Shown here: piece by piece, positions 12,103 through 23,094 of the stretch
Numbering within the stretch: position 1 is the stretch's first letter
Layout of the letters: the number at the start of each line of letters is the position of its first letter
Source of the DNA: Neophaeotheca triangularis
Lineage: Eukaryota
Assembly: GCA_054600435.1 (NCBI GenBank)
Contig: BAAIJX010000030.1
Span: forward strand, 1 to 64,000
Direction: 5' to 3'
DNA: 64,000 bases
Program-made: the position numbers and the translations under genes
The notes under the pieces: model-generated
What the model was told of the DNA's origin: nothing
What the model saw: the letters and a program-made list of their open reading frames with translations, nothing else
Databases searched by the model: none

Positions 12103-12650
12103 TGTCTAGCAAAAGGGAGCGAGTGTGGGGGGGGGGATAGTAGTGGCGGTGGTGGTGGTGGGATCGGTATTGGGAATGGCTGGTCGGTACCTTGTGTGTG
12201 TGGTAGGAGACTAGAAGGTGTTGCTCTTGCGACGGTCCCGGGCGCGAATAGACTTTGGGGGCGGAACTTGGAAATTGACAGAGGCTGGGGATGGGGATGG
12301 TCGGGATTGTCCTGGCGACGGCGGGCCGCTGAATACATTACATTCACAGCATTATATGCAAGCACTTTAGCTACCGAGTAAACTTTGGCAACACCCGTTC
12401 TGCCCGTTCTCCCGTTGTTCAAGCCGGACGGACCCTGGATCAACAGTGAACACAGCTGCATCTGACATGTCTGTCTATGCCAAGACATGTCTTTGAGCAA
12501 TCAAGGAGACATCCCTACTACTTTCCCAATACTCAGACAAGGTCCCCTTACCGTACCGTGCATCCCATCCTATTCCACACTTGCCGTCCTTCTCCCGTCT
12601 ATATCGAATGTCCATGCTGATGCTCGCATCCAAAACTACGTGAAATCTCT

Positions 12651-15600
12651 ATGGAGCGTCCTGGTAGTCCAGCAAAACCCTCCGGCATCCCGCGCCCAGG
12701 GGGTTCACGACTGCCAACTCTGAAGAAGCCATCTTCTCAACTACCCACGCCCAAACCAAAGCGCGAGGATGTTTCCGACACTACAAGGCCCACGCCAAGA
12801 CAACCTGCTCTCCAGAAACGAACTTCGACCTCATCCTTCAAATCCTCCCAGACGACCCCCAAAGATGCAGTCGCCACGGCCCAAGCTTTCCAAAGGAGAG
12901 GATATGCCCTTGCATCCAAACCATCTCTCAATCTGAAAACAGCGGCTCCGACCAGCAAGCCGGCCCCTCTGAGGCCGACCTCTCGAGGTAATCGAGCACA
13001 GCTACCAGCTCTAATCAAATCGAACAGCACCACCGAGGACGAGGAGAACCATGATCGACTCGCCTCCCTTGATAGCTTCCGGTCTGCATCGCGCTTGGGT
13101 TCACGGGACGGTCAACCTGACTCTCCAGAGGAATATGTCGAGCCTGAGCCCATTGCCACGCCAAAGCCCAGGAAGTCCTCGAGACCTTCCCTATCAGACC
13201 GTACTATGGACTCCTTATCCAGCCTTCCCACAACGCCCCGAGACCGACGTAGATCGAGTTTCTTCTCGCCACTTGAGAGTCCAATGGGTGGTCCCATGGG
13301 CCCGCCACCACGACCCAGCTCGAGTCTCAGTCGTAACCAGGGAAGTGGTAACAGCAGGCCCGGAACAAGCGACGGCTCTTTTTCGAAGCCAACGGGGAGA
13401 CCTTCATCGCCTTCTAAGCGAACCTCAATGAGCGCAAAGCCTACGGCGCGGACTTCCCTGGGAGGATTCGGTTTCACACCAGGCACAGGTGGTCGACGAA
13501 GCATCAGCGCTGCTTACGGGACCAGACCAGAAAGCGCAAAAGAAAGCGTACCCCCCATGCCAACCGCCGCTTCTCCATCCAAAACACCAAGACCGACAGG
13601 CCTCCCAAGCGGGAAGACACCTTCAAAGATCGGCACTGGTAGCAAGACCTTCGGCGCACGACCAGCAAAACCTTGTCCAGCCCTGGGAGGCGCCTTTGCA
13701 AAGCCACCGCAATCGAGACCAGAATTCAATGCTGGCCCGGATGAGAAGCCAGTGGCCGTGAAGCCTTTACAGAACTCTAAACGACCCTCAGAAGCAAAGC
13801 CCACACCCTCAAGCCCCGTCCCATCCTCCTCGGCAGCTCTACGCCAGCAAATCGCAGCGGCAAAAGCAGCAGCCCGCTCTGCAAAACAAAAACATGACTC
13901 CACGCAAGACATGCCCACCGAAAGTGTAGGCACATATAACTACGACCTCGCGGTGGACCCTTTCAACCAAGCGCCCAAAGACCCAAACCACATCCTCCGC
14001 AATCGCATAAACAGTGCACGCATGGACGGCAAGCTCAACATCTCCGCCATGTCCCTCCAGGACATCCCCGCAGAAGTACTGAAAATGTACGACTCCACCA
14101 CCCTAAACGAGAGCAAAGTCCATTGGGCCGAAGTCGTGGACCTCACGCGTCTCAACATCGCCAACAACGAGCTGGAACAACTTCCCCTCCACGCATTCCC
14201 AGACATCTCCACCGAAGACCTCATCTCAGCCGGCGACGAGGACGACAACGAAGACGCAAACTCCCAAGCCACGCAATTTCGCGGCCTAGAAGTCCTCGAC
14301 GCGCACAACAACAAACTCGTCTCCCTCCCACGAGGCCTTCGACACCTCACAAACCTAACCCGCCTCGACCTCGCACACAACAAGCTCGATAACAGCACGC
14401 TTGAAACCCTCGCGCAGGTCGGCAACCTCAAAGAGCTCAAACTCGCCCACAACCAACTCGCCGGCAACTTTCCACCGACCTTCTGCCGGCAACTCCCACG
14501 CCTCGAAATCCTAGACCTGCAAAGCAACCGCCTGCTAGCCCTCCCCGAAGCCCTGCGCGACCTCGGCAGTCTCCGCGTCCTCAACGTCTCCGGGAACCAG
14601 CTTACCAGCCTGCCGATGGAAGCGTTGAACGCACTGCCCTTGACGGAACTTGACGCCAACTCGAACGCGCTCATCGGCCCACTATTCCCTTTGAATTGCG
14701 AATCCGCGCACCGTACTCTCAAGACGCTAAACGTCGCCAACAATTCCCTCGCGGCGCTGACTTTTGGCGAGAAGTTGGAATTGCCCGCTCTCCAGCACTT
14801 GGACGTTTCGAACAACCACCTCGCTGCTCTACCAGCTGTAGGTGATTGGAGGGCCTTGACCACGCTGATGGCGGGGGAGAACAAAATTTCCGAGGTGCCC
14901 GAGGGGTTTGTGGGACTGAGCGGGTTGCGGAATGTGAATTTTGCGAGTAATGATTTGAGATTGCTGAAGTCCGAAGTGGGGAGGATGGAGGGGTTGGTGA
15001 GTTTGGTTGTGAGTGGGAATCCGTTGAGGGAGAGGAGGTTCTTGACCATGGGGGTGGAGGAGATCAAGAGGGATTTGAGACGGAAGCTTGAGCCTGCAGA
15101 GGGAGGAGCTGAGGAGGAGTCCGAGGCGCTGGAAGAGGGTCAGCCTGCTACAGTGGATGCTGTCGTCGAACCTGCGAAGTGGACGCTGAAGCCCAACCGC
15201 ACGCTCGATCTCTTCAATCACGGCCTCACCGACGAAGACCTGCAAACCTCCCTCCACGATTTCCTCGCCGCGAACGAAGTCCGCCATCTCCTCCTCGCGC
15301 ACAACAACCTGACCACCATCCCAACCAACGAGCTCAAACCCGTAGCACCCTCGCTACAAAGCCTCGACCTCTCTTCCAACCCATTTATCACCACCACCAC
15401 AAACAACAACACCCCCTCCGACCCCCTCTCCCTCCCCCACCTCAAATCCCTAACCTTAACCCACACCCCCCTCCACACCCTCACCCTTCTAACCCACACC
15501 CTCCACCTCCCCAGCCTCAGCAGCCTCAACCTCAGCTCCACACGCCTCTCAGGCCCGCTCCCAGCTTACACAACCCTCTACCGGAATCTACAAACCCTGA

Positions 15601-15857
15601 TCCTCCGCCACAACGCCTACACGTCCCTGACACCCGACGACGTGCGTGGCGCGCAGACTCTGGATCTCAGGGACAATGCGCTGGAAGCGCTGCCGCCGGC
15701 TTTGGGGCTTTTGGGTTTGGAGCACGGGGGGTTGAGGAGGTTGGAGGTTGGGGGGAATAGGTTTAGGGTTCCTGGCGGGAGGGTTTTGGAGCAGGGGAGT
15801 GAGGCTGTCTTGCGGTGGTTGAGGGGGAGGGTTGAGGGGTTCGTTGAGGAGGAGTAG
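12651..15857 (+). CDS. Leucine-rich repeat protein (LRRC40-like), 1068 aa, with a long basic Ser/Pro-rich N-terminus
   Basis: Many LxxLxLxxNxL repeats (e.g. LTRLDLAHNKL, LKELKLAHNQL, LEILDLQSNRL, LRVLNVSGNQL); intronless ORF. Confidence 0.92.
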   Translation: MERPGSPAKPSGIPRPGGSRLPTLKKPSSQLPTPKPKREDVSDTTRPTPRQPALQKRTSTSSFKSSQTTPKDAVATAQAFQRRGYALASKPSLNLKTAAPTSKPAPLRPTSRGNRAQLPALIKSNSTTEDEENHDRLASLDSFRSASRLGSRDGQPDSPEEYVEPEPIATPKPRKSSRPSLSDRTMDSLSSLPTTPRDRRRSSFFSPLESPMGGPMGPPPRPSSSLSRNQGSGNSRPGTSDGSFSKPTGRPSSPSKRTSMSAKPTARTSLGGFGFTPGTGGRRSISAAYGTRPESAKESVPPMPTAASPSKTPRPTGLPSGKTPSKIGTGSKTFGARPAKPCPALGGAFAKPPQSRPEFNAGPDEKPVAVKPLQNSKRPSEAKPTPSSPVPSSSAALRQQIAAAKAAARSAKQKHDSTQDMPTESVGTYNYDLAVDPFNQAPKDPNHILRNRINSARMDGKLNISAMSLQDIPAEVLKMYDSTTLNESKVHWAEVVDLTRLNIANNELEQLPLHAFPDISTEDLISAGDEDDNEDANSQATQFRGLEVLDAHNNKLVSLPRGLRHLTNLTRLDLAHNKLDNSTLETLAQVGNLKELKLAHNQLAGNFPPTFCRQLPRLEILDLQSNRLLALPEALRDLGSLRVLNVSGNQLTSLPMEALNALPLTELDANSNALIGPLFPLNCESAHRTLKTLNVANNSLAALTFGEKLELPALQHLDVSNNHLAALPAVGDWRALTTLMAGENKISEVPEGFVGLSGLRNVNFASNDLRLLKSEVGRMEGLVSLVVSGNPLRERRFLTMGVEEIKRDLRRKLEPAEGGAEEESEALEEGQPATVDAVVEPAKWTLKPNRTLDLFNHGLTDEDLQTSLHDFLAANEVRHLLLAHNNLTTIPTNELKPVAPSLQSLDLSSNPFITTTTNNNTPSDPLSLPHLKSLTLTHTPLHTLTLLTHTLHLPSLSSLNLSSTRLSGPLPAYTTLYRNLQTLILRHNAYTSLTPDDVRGAQTLDLRDNALEALPPALGLLGLEHGGLRRLEVGGNRFRVPGGRVLEQGSEAVLRWLRGRVEGFVEEE

Positions 15858-17337
15858 TGGGAAGGGGCTGAGAGGAAGGGGTGTTAGGGGGTTTCATGTC
15901 TTGAATGTGGGCTTGGGTGAGGAAGGGTAAGAGGTGAAAGGGCAGGAGTGAAATTGATGAATGCTGAGTGGTTGGCAGGGCGGTGGAATGAGGCTTTTGG
16001 CGTGCCCAGAGGGTGCGTTTTTCTGGTCTTCTGCTTGTACTATTCCCCAAGTCGTTTGCATTATTCGAACATGGCTTTGATGAGACTGAGCCTGTGCTCT
16101 AATGTCAGTGATTTTGCAACCCTAATGCTTTCGCTTGTTATTGTGGTCTTCTCTTCTCTTGTTGCCATCCACCGTCCGTATATCTGATGGCGCTCGTTGC
16201 CGTTCACGAGGCGCTGTCTAGCCAAGCTGGCTCCTCTAGTACAGTCTGCAGCAGCAGTGTCAGCTTGTCCTTCTCCACACCAACCCTCGCGATCACTGCA
16301 CCCCGAGACTACTCGACCACACTATTACCACCGTCAGTAAAAGATCCTCCACGATCCACGTCACGAGCGAGAGCAAAAGCGAGAGCAAAGTTTTGAGCGA
16401 ACATCGAGCATTAAGCAGCTACCTAAGTAAACTACGTCGACAGCCTGTTTCGCCCCTGTGATCAATCTTTATCCATTCCGAACGAATGCAGCGTTCGTGT
16501 TTGTTGCACCCTCGATAAGTGCTCGTATCCATCTCATTCTAAAGCATCGTGCAGTCTCCCGCGTCTGCGCTCTCCTATTTGGCCCGTTGGGCTCAATCGT
16601 CGTGACACCGCAAACGAGGTAAGCGGTAGACTGGTCGTCGAAAGGCTGAGCGTTGCAGGAACGCCGTGTAGACATGCTGATGCGGGTCTTGGGTGAGTAG
16701 GTTAGCGGTGGTGATCAGACTTGGCGTGAGGGCGTGCAAGCCTACCATTGACATAGGAAAGTTTCTTGTTTTTTTCTGGTGTTTACGGTTTCTTTTCTTC
16801 TGCAGCGCGCAGCTTTCGTCGATCGATCTATCCTGTCATGCGGATATTGATGCTGATGAAAGCCCATGCAAAGGCACAGTGGACGGAGGAGTGTATCCAT
16901 GACTGCGTATGCAGACCGAGTGTCTCCGGTCAGAACGCCTGCGCAGCACTCTCCTTATCGATACAAGGCGGTGCGTGAGCAATGGTGTTCAGGCAGTTGC
17001 TAGATAAGTTGATGAGTATACGTGTGGTTAGAGACATAAATGGGGGAAAGTTACCTTTTCGGCAACTAGACGATGCGAAGTAGGTAGCCTTGATCTAAAT
17101 GGAAGTTAATGACGGGAGGTTGTTAGATGAACAAATCGCGAAGGGATGTCTTACCCTCTAGCGATTGAGTATTCAACCGTCAGAAAGCAATAGTCAATGC
17201 TGGCTGCGCTCGGGTTAGTCTGCTGATCTTCGGCCTGGCTTTTGAAAACATACCTGAGCGAAGAATGTTCACGACTTTTCGTCGGTGGGTAAGATGCCTG
17301 GTCTAAAGCGCATGGGCGAAAGAATAGTGTGTCCCTC

Positions 17338-19602
17338 CTAAAGGCCAGCTACGCCGCCCGTTCGGCCTTTCGACTGGTTTCCCGTGGGCACGGCGCGTTT
17401 GAAGAAGTCCAAGTTCAAGGCTTGACCTGGATCGATGCGGCTTTCCGGTTTCGGGTCCAGGACGAGGCACTTTTCGATGAGCTCAATCAGCTGCGGTAGC
17501 CTATGGCTCTCCTCGTCCTCCTGCATGCGAGTGGGCCCAAAGGCAGCGTGGACGCGCGACTTGATGTCCTTTCCGGCGGGGACTTTACCCGAGCGGATTT
17601 TGGGTCCGTTCTCGTGCTCGTAGAGCGCATCGGTCTTGCTGAAGTGCTGGCTACGAACATCGGCTGGAGCCAACTTGACTAGGCGATTGGGGATCTTTCC
17701 GCGGCAGTCCTGAATTACACATAACATGTCGTGGTTGTCCCGGCCATCGAAGAGGATCCTATTGGTAAGGAGCTCGAACAGGGTGCAGCCGATCGCCCAA
17801 ACGTCAATGGCGTGGCTTGGAGCGTGGCCCATCATGATCTCTGGCGCACGATAGAAGCGAGAGACCAGCGTTAGGTCTCGTGTCGCATCAATCGTCTTCA
17901 AGGCAGTACCAAAATCCCCTAGCTTGCAGGCAGTAACATTTCCCTCCTTTGCCATTCGGATGAAAACGTTGTCTGGCTTGAGATCTGCGTGGATGATGTC
18001 GTTCTTTTGCAGCAGATGAAGCGCATTGAAAAGGCGTCTTGCGCACTCGCGTACGTTCTTGATGCTGAGCCCAGCTCTGTTCGAGGGTTCCTTGAGCGTT
18101 TGACGAATGTCGGCGTCGAGTAGCTCAAATTGGAGGCACAGATGACCCTTGTGATGGAAGTCACTCTGGAGTCGGACGATGTTGTAGATGTTGCCCCTGT
18201 CCTCTTCGTTGAGCAAGCGGACGAGGTCTCTCTCTTTACGAGCGGCCGCCGCCATCGTGTGGTTGGAAGTGGCGATCTTGACAGCAACAAACTCGGGAGT
18301 TCCATTGACAGGTTTCGGGTGCACCAGCGCCTTGATCACAGTCGCAAAAGTGCCTTTACCAAGTTGGGAAATGACTTGCAACGGCTTCGGCCCGTGGGGA
18401 TTGAGAAGCTCGTGAGCCACAATTTTGAAATGTTCGTCATCTTCGTCCCATTGCCCTTTCGCATTGTCAATCGTTTTCGCTTTTCCATAAAGCTCATCGA
18501 GGGCGACAGATGCACCGGGATCGTCGTCCGGAACATCATCCTGGAACATGTCGAAGTCGTCGGATCCTGCGCCACCCGAGTTTGACGCGCCGGCTGATGA
18601 GGCCTGTGACGAAGAGTTGTTCTGCTGGACGGGGGGTGCGCCGTTGGTGTTTTGCGCGCTTGCGGAAGAGGCGACGTTCAGCTGGCCAGGGGCTGCGCCG
18701 GCTGCGCTGGTCGGTTGAAGTGGTTGTGTACCGACGGTGTTTTGCGCGCTGGCAGGAGAAGTGACGGGGGCCGGGCCACCTGCGGTCGGAGAGGTCGACA
18801 CTTTGTTACCTAGCGGAGGTGCATTTGGAGCTTGCGCGGTGGCGACAGCTGGGTTACCCGCATTCGGCAAAGTATTGCTCAGCGAAGGCGCATCAGTCTT
18901 TTGCGCGCTTTCAGAAAGGGTGGCACCAGAAGTTGCGGCAACTGTGTCATCCACAGGGGGCGAAGTCGAAGAATCGTTGCTTGGTGGAGGTGCACTTGAG
19001 TTTGTCGTATTGACAGCGTTGCGAGCGGCCTTCAAAAGCGCCTCGCGCTTCGCCTTCCTTTGAGCGAGGATCTCATCTTCAGTGAGAGTATTATCGACCG
19101 GTTCCTGCGCTGCAGATGTTTGTACATCAGAGGCCTGCACACTAGAGGCCGGCGCATCCTGGGTGTGTGAAATTGTGGCAGGGGGAGCTGACGGAGTTGG
19201 CGAGTAAGTCTGCTTAGAGCCATGATGATTGGAGGTCTGCTTCGAAGATGATTTGGAAGAGGATGTAGATGGGTTGGCAGCAGTCGGTTTGTAGGATGCG
19301 CTAGAAGCGTTGTTGCTGTGGCCGCGGCCGTAGTCGTTGCCGTAGTCGGAGGGCGAGTTTGTGCGCTGCTGCTTGTTTGTACGGCCGTGTTGTTCATCTT
19401 CCCTCTGCCTCTTGTTGTTTGAGGGGTGGGGGTCCCGGTCAATGTGTCTCATGTTGCTCCTTTCATCTCCTCGGTTGGCCCTTCCTCGCGATTGCTGAGG
19501 CCTTCCATAACTGTCGTTCCTCTGGCCATTTGAGGAGTTGTGGCCACGCACCGAGGGATAGTCTCTATAGTACTGGTCAGCGCCATAGCCATTGCGGGCC
19601 AT
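17338..19602 (-). CDS. Prp4-like (DYRK group, CMGC) protein kinase, 754 aa, divergent
   Basis: LGKGTFATV, VAVK, HKGHLCLQFE, IIHADLKPDN, DFG, LVSRFYRAPEI and IDVWAIGCTLFEL. The pre-kinase DDFDMF and WDED segments resemble fungal Prp4. Confidence 0.88.
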   Translation of the reverse strand: MARNGYGADQYYRDYPSVRGHNSSNGQRNDSYGRPQQSRGRANRGDERSNMRHIDRDPHPSNNKRQREDEQHGRTNKQQRTNSPSDYGNDYGRGHSNNASSASYKPTAANPSTSSSKSSSKQTSNHHGSKQTYSPTPSAPPATISHTQDAPASSVQASDVQTSAAQEPVDNTLTEDEILAQRKAKREALLKAARNAVNTTNSSAPPPSNDSSTSPPVDDTVAATSGATLSESAQKTDAPSLSNTLPNAGNPAVATAQAPNAPPLGNKVSTSPTAGGPAPVTSPASAQNTVGTQPLQPTSAAGAAPGQLNVASSASAQNTNGAPPVQQNNSSSQASSAGASNSGGAGSDDFDMFQDDVPDDDPGASVALDELYGKAKTIDNAKGQWDEDDEHFKIVAHELLNPHGPKPLQVISQLGKGTFATVIKALVHPKPVNGTPEFVAVKIATSNHTMAAAARKERDLVRLLNEEDRGNIYNIVRLQSDFHHKGHLCLQFELLDADIRQTLKEPSNRAGLSIKNVRECARRLFNALHLLQKNDIIHADLKPDNVFIRMAKEGNVTACKLGDFGTALKTIDATRDLTLVSRFYRAPEIMMGHAPSHAIDVWAIGCTLFELLTNRILFDGRDNHDMLCVIQDCRGKIPNRLVKLAPADVRSQHFSKTDALYEHENGPKIRSGKVPAGKDIKSRVHAAFGPTRMQEDEESHRLPQLIELIEKCLVLDPKPESRIDPGQALNLDFFKRAVPTGNQSKGRTGGVAGL

Positions 19603-20964
19603 TGCGGCGCACTACTTGCAGCCGAGCCGCTCCAAGTACTGTGTCTCCTAGCTCCCGGAAAGTGCGCAGAGTAGTGATACTAATGCGAGGCTTTGCGCGG
19701 AGTGTGCAGTAGAAGGTATTCAGTCAGCTTTTGAAACAGCAACGAACGGCAGAGGTATGGCTTGGGTGCAGATGTAGCATCCAAGTGAGGAAAGATCTCA
19801 CTCTGAGCGAAGGCTTTCTCTGGCGATTGTTGTGTATTGACCTTTTGTGCGGCTTCTCCAGCTGTGCGCTTGGCGGGGCAACGAGGCTCTGAGACAGCGA
19901 CTTGGCGCAGAAGGGGGGCTGTAATTTCTCTATCAGGAAGGAACGAAGCTGTGAGGTAGGCACACTGAGGTCGCGGTCCTAGCGTCACCAGCGACGACCT
20001 TGTGCACGGTCGGGCTTGGCACAAGTTCGGCTTACCTTACCGATGCGGGACGGGCGGCTCGTGATCACGTGATAGTCGTGAAGCCTGCTTGGGAGGCCCG
20101 GGCTTGCGAAAGTCCGCGCTTTCTTGTCCAGTCTGGAAGTGGTGGCTTTGTTAACGACTGACTTCAGATGAGCGTGAAACGGTGGTCACTTAGATCGTGG
20201 TCTTCCCCTGCGTGGTCTGTTGCTTCCGTGGTCGTTGTGGCAGTTGGGGTACAGTAAGTATCTGTTGTACTTCTCAAAGTGGCAAATGGACTCAACTGGG
20301 CATGGCAGTAGTCGATTCAACCCCAGAAGTTGTGCTCGAGGATGATGGTCGGGCGAGAAGCTTTTGAGTGTCGTGGTCAGAAGGAGGAAAGTGTTCGAGT
20401 GTTGGATGGTTGCCTCTGCCGTGTGATGGAATCCGGTCTCGAAGACTGAATTTGCTTGTAGATTGGAATGGAAGAAGAGACGAGAGTGGTGAAAGTGAAA
20501 GTTTGTATACACAAGAGCTGAACTCAGAATCCCGTACGAGACTCGGAAGGTGCGCTTTGGAAGGTGCTCCTGGAAAGTTCTGTATAGAAGGTAGGAACAA
20601 CACATGGCAGGCAAGCACCTCGTCGGCCGGTTGGTTCGACACCATCACAGAGGGACAGTGACTGCGGCAATACCTGTAGTGGAGATATCGCCAGAGATGG
20701 CATTTTGACTGCTGATACAAGCAAACTACTTGGTACGATGCGCTGTCATCCTGAAGTCACCGGACTATTACTGTCCATCTCGCAGTAAGTAGCTAAGCAT
20801 AGTCGTAACCGCTTTGTCAAGAACCCTCGCGACTATTCACTTTCAGTCGTCCTCTCTCTCTCGTGGACCAGACCATGACACCAACCAAAATCACATCTCC
20901 AAGTCATGTGCAACTTCACTCTCACCGTTAGGTAGTCCAGCCCTGCAAACACGTGCTACCAGCC

Positions 20965-21504
20965 ATGACCTACTACGGCCTCACGCGTCACCAAGAACCT
21001 CAATTGTTCAACACGACGGCGGCCAGCCAACCACCCGGAACTATGGCCCATGTCTGCAAAGACCACAGCTCCAACCTTGGCTCGGCAAGCCTGCACCGAC
21101 TCGTTGGGTTGGCGACTCTACCCAGAGTTCGATGCTCCTGTCGAATGCCTGAGTTGCAAGACTTGGCTGCTAAGCCAGGAAAGAGTGAAGTTCCATGATG
21201 CTTTGGGGGACGAAAAGGAACCTCCGGAGCAAGCCGGGCTTATGGGGCAGAGGCGGATGGCGAGCTAGCTGAGATGCCTCACATGATGCGCGACGCTGAG
21301 ACAGCGAGCAATAAACTTTCCAAGATGTCTCAAGGAACGCGCGACCCTGAAAAACCAGCGAGCGACAACGCGCCGCCTGAAGAAGACGACAGTTTGAAGT
21401 CGTTAGGAATCAGGCCTTTCAAGCTGCCGCAGGATGCCAAACCTAGTCCTACGCCGGGAGTATGGGCGCTTATGCGCCGCATGATGAAAGGCGAAGTTTT
21501 TTGA
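20965..21504 (+). pseudogene. Possible decayed or orphan coding sequence: 180-codon frame broken by one TGA (21196-21198), with an overlapping protein-like alternative frame
   Basis: ORFs 20953-21198 and 21274-21504 share a frame with no further stop between them. ORF 21050-21268 overlaps in another frame. Confidence 0.3.
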
Positions 21505-21969
21505 AATTAGGCCATCTAAGATTGCGCGGGATCTTAATCACGGAAAGGCGGACGTCCACGTAGGTCGCCGATCAGAACGGACTTTCGATAGAGGCGAGGG
21601 ATAACGGCCATCCTGAGTGTGAAGACGCCGTGTAAGGGTAGCAAGGCAGCCCAGTCAACAGTATCTGCTTGGGACCTGAACGGTTTTCGGCTGTGTTGCG
21701 CTGCCTTCCACTGTTTCTGTGAAGTGCTCCACCGGGGCCAGGGCAACGTGCTCCGGCAATGTTGCAGTCTATGACGGACCCTTCACGCAGACACTGAATT
21801 GGGGGACTCACTGCTGGGGAGGGAGGCTCAATGAAGTGGGAATTGTGGACAATGTACTCAGCCTCGACCTCGCTTCAAAGGGTATTGGTTACGGAAGCAA
21901 CTTTTTATCAGCCATCCCAATGTAGCCTCCACTCGTTCCAAACGCCTCCCATGCTCTGCAAACCCATCT

Positions 21970-22723
21970 CTAGTTCTTCTGCTGCGCAGCATGCTTGTCG
22001 TGTGCGTCGATGTCACTGCTCGATTGTCAGAATTGCGTTCATGCCCACCTGATAATTATGGATACTCACGTCGCCTCCCAAGGATAGTTGATCCACACGT
22101 CGCCCACAGTCCTCGCCGCCAAATACCTCTTATCGCTGGTCATCTCCTCTGGCAATGTGCCCTTCTTGGCCTTGTCCTTGTTGTGCAACACAAACACACT
22201 GAACTGCGTGCCCTCACCCGCCCTTCCAACCTTCTCAGCCGCGAGCTGCACATCCTTCTCCAACTCCTTGACCGCGTATTCCAGCGTCGTCCGGGTGTCA
22301 TCAACCTCGTCAACGATGAGCACGTTCTTGCCGATCAAGCTCTTCATCTCAAGGCTCGACAGATCCAGCCATTGCGTCCTTGTGACTTTGGTGCCAGGCG
22401 CTTCAACTTGGGTGTCCGTACCGAGGGACTCGTAGAGAGACAGACCGATCGCTTGGATGGGGATGTTGGGATCTCCGGGTTGCTTGAGGAAGGATCGCAA
22501 GATGCGTGCAGGAACGTAGCCGCCGCCACCAATGGCGACCATCAAGTTGGGTTTGAAGTTGGTGAGGATGCGGTCGGCGGACTCCTGGCAGAGTTTGTGT
22601 ACCTATGCGTAAGAGCCCAAGACTTAGCGAACTGTTCCACGCTTTACTGCTGTCGCGTGCCCTGAGGGGCTTGGGATGATATACATCGTTGTACGTCACG
22701 TAAACCTTCTCGATATCAGCCAT
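21970..22723 (-). CDS. HPT1: Hypoxanthine/xanthine-guanine phosphoribosyltransferase (Hpt1/Xpt1 type), 205 aa; exons 22723-22685, 22602-22070, 22015-21970
   Basis: EKVYVTYNDVHKLCQ, AIGGGGYVPARILRSFLK, PRPP motif VLIVDEVDDTRTTL, FVLHNKDK and WINYPWEATDID; two canonical introns. Confidence 0.93.
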
Positions 22724-23042
22724 GTTGCACGACTGTTAAAGATGCAAAGTTTTAGACGATGCAGAATTCTTGTGGTATATGTTGTTATTACACTTCCGAA
22801 AGGAGAAGGCACGACTTCGAGAAAAGCCTCCAAGATTTCCTTCCAAGAAATCGGCATGTGAAAATTCGATGAGCATCACGTGTCTGCGGGGCATTGTCGT
22901 GAAGTGGGGTGCCCTGAAGCGAAACTCCTATACACGTCCATGACTCCCTATGCATTCGCGACTTGATCTTTATTCTGTTTTCTATACATAAGTTATACCT
23001 AGTCGCCTTCTGTTCTCCATTGTTGAAGTTTATGTACCTTTT

Positions 23043-23076
23043 TCCCGGGTGAAAGTAAAAGCGGGACAAAATTTCA
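23043..23076 (+). repeat. Left terminal inverted repeat TCCCGGGTGAAAGTAAAAGCGGGACAAAATTTCA
   Basis: Exact reverse complement of 24328-24361. Confidence 0.95.
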
Positions 23077-23094
23077 GACAACGACACCTCTTTT

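Noticed and set aside
16118..16125. AACCCTAA, a possible telomerase RNA template
   Set aside because: An 8-mer is expected about twice by chance in 64 kb on both strands, and no pseudoknot or CR4/5 was recognisable.
21196..21198. Selenocysteine or A-to-I stop correction at the in-frame TGA
   Set aside because: Dikarya lack Sec machinery and there is no homology support for an intact protein; pseudogenisation is simpler.
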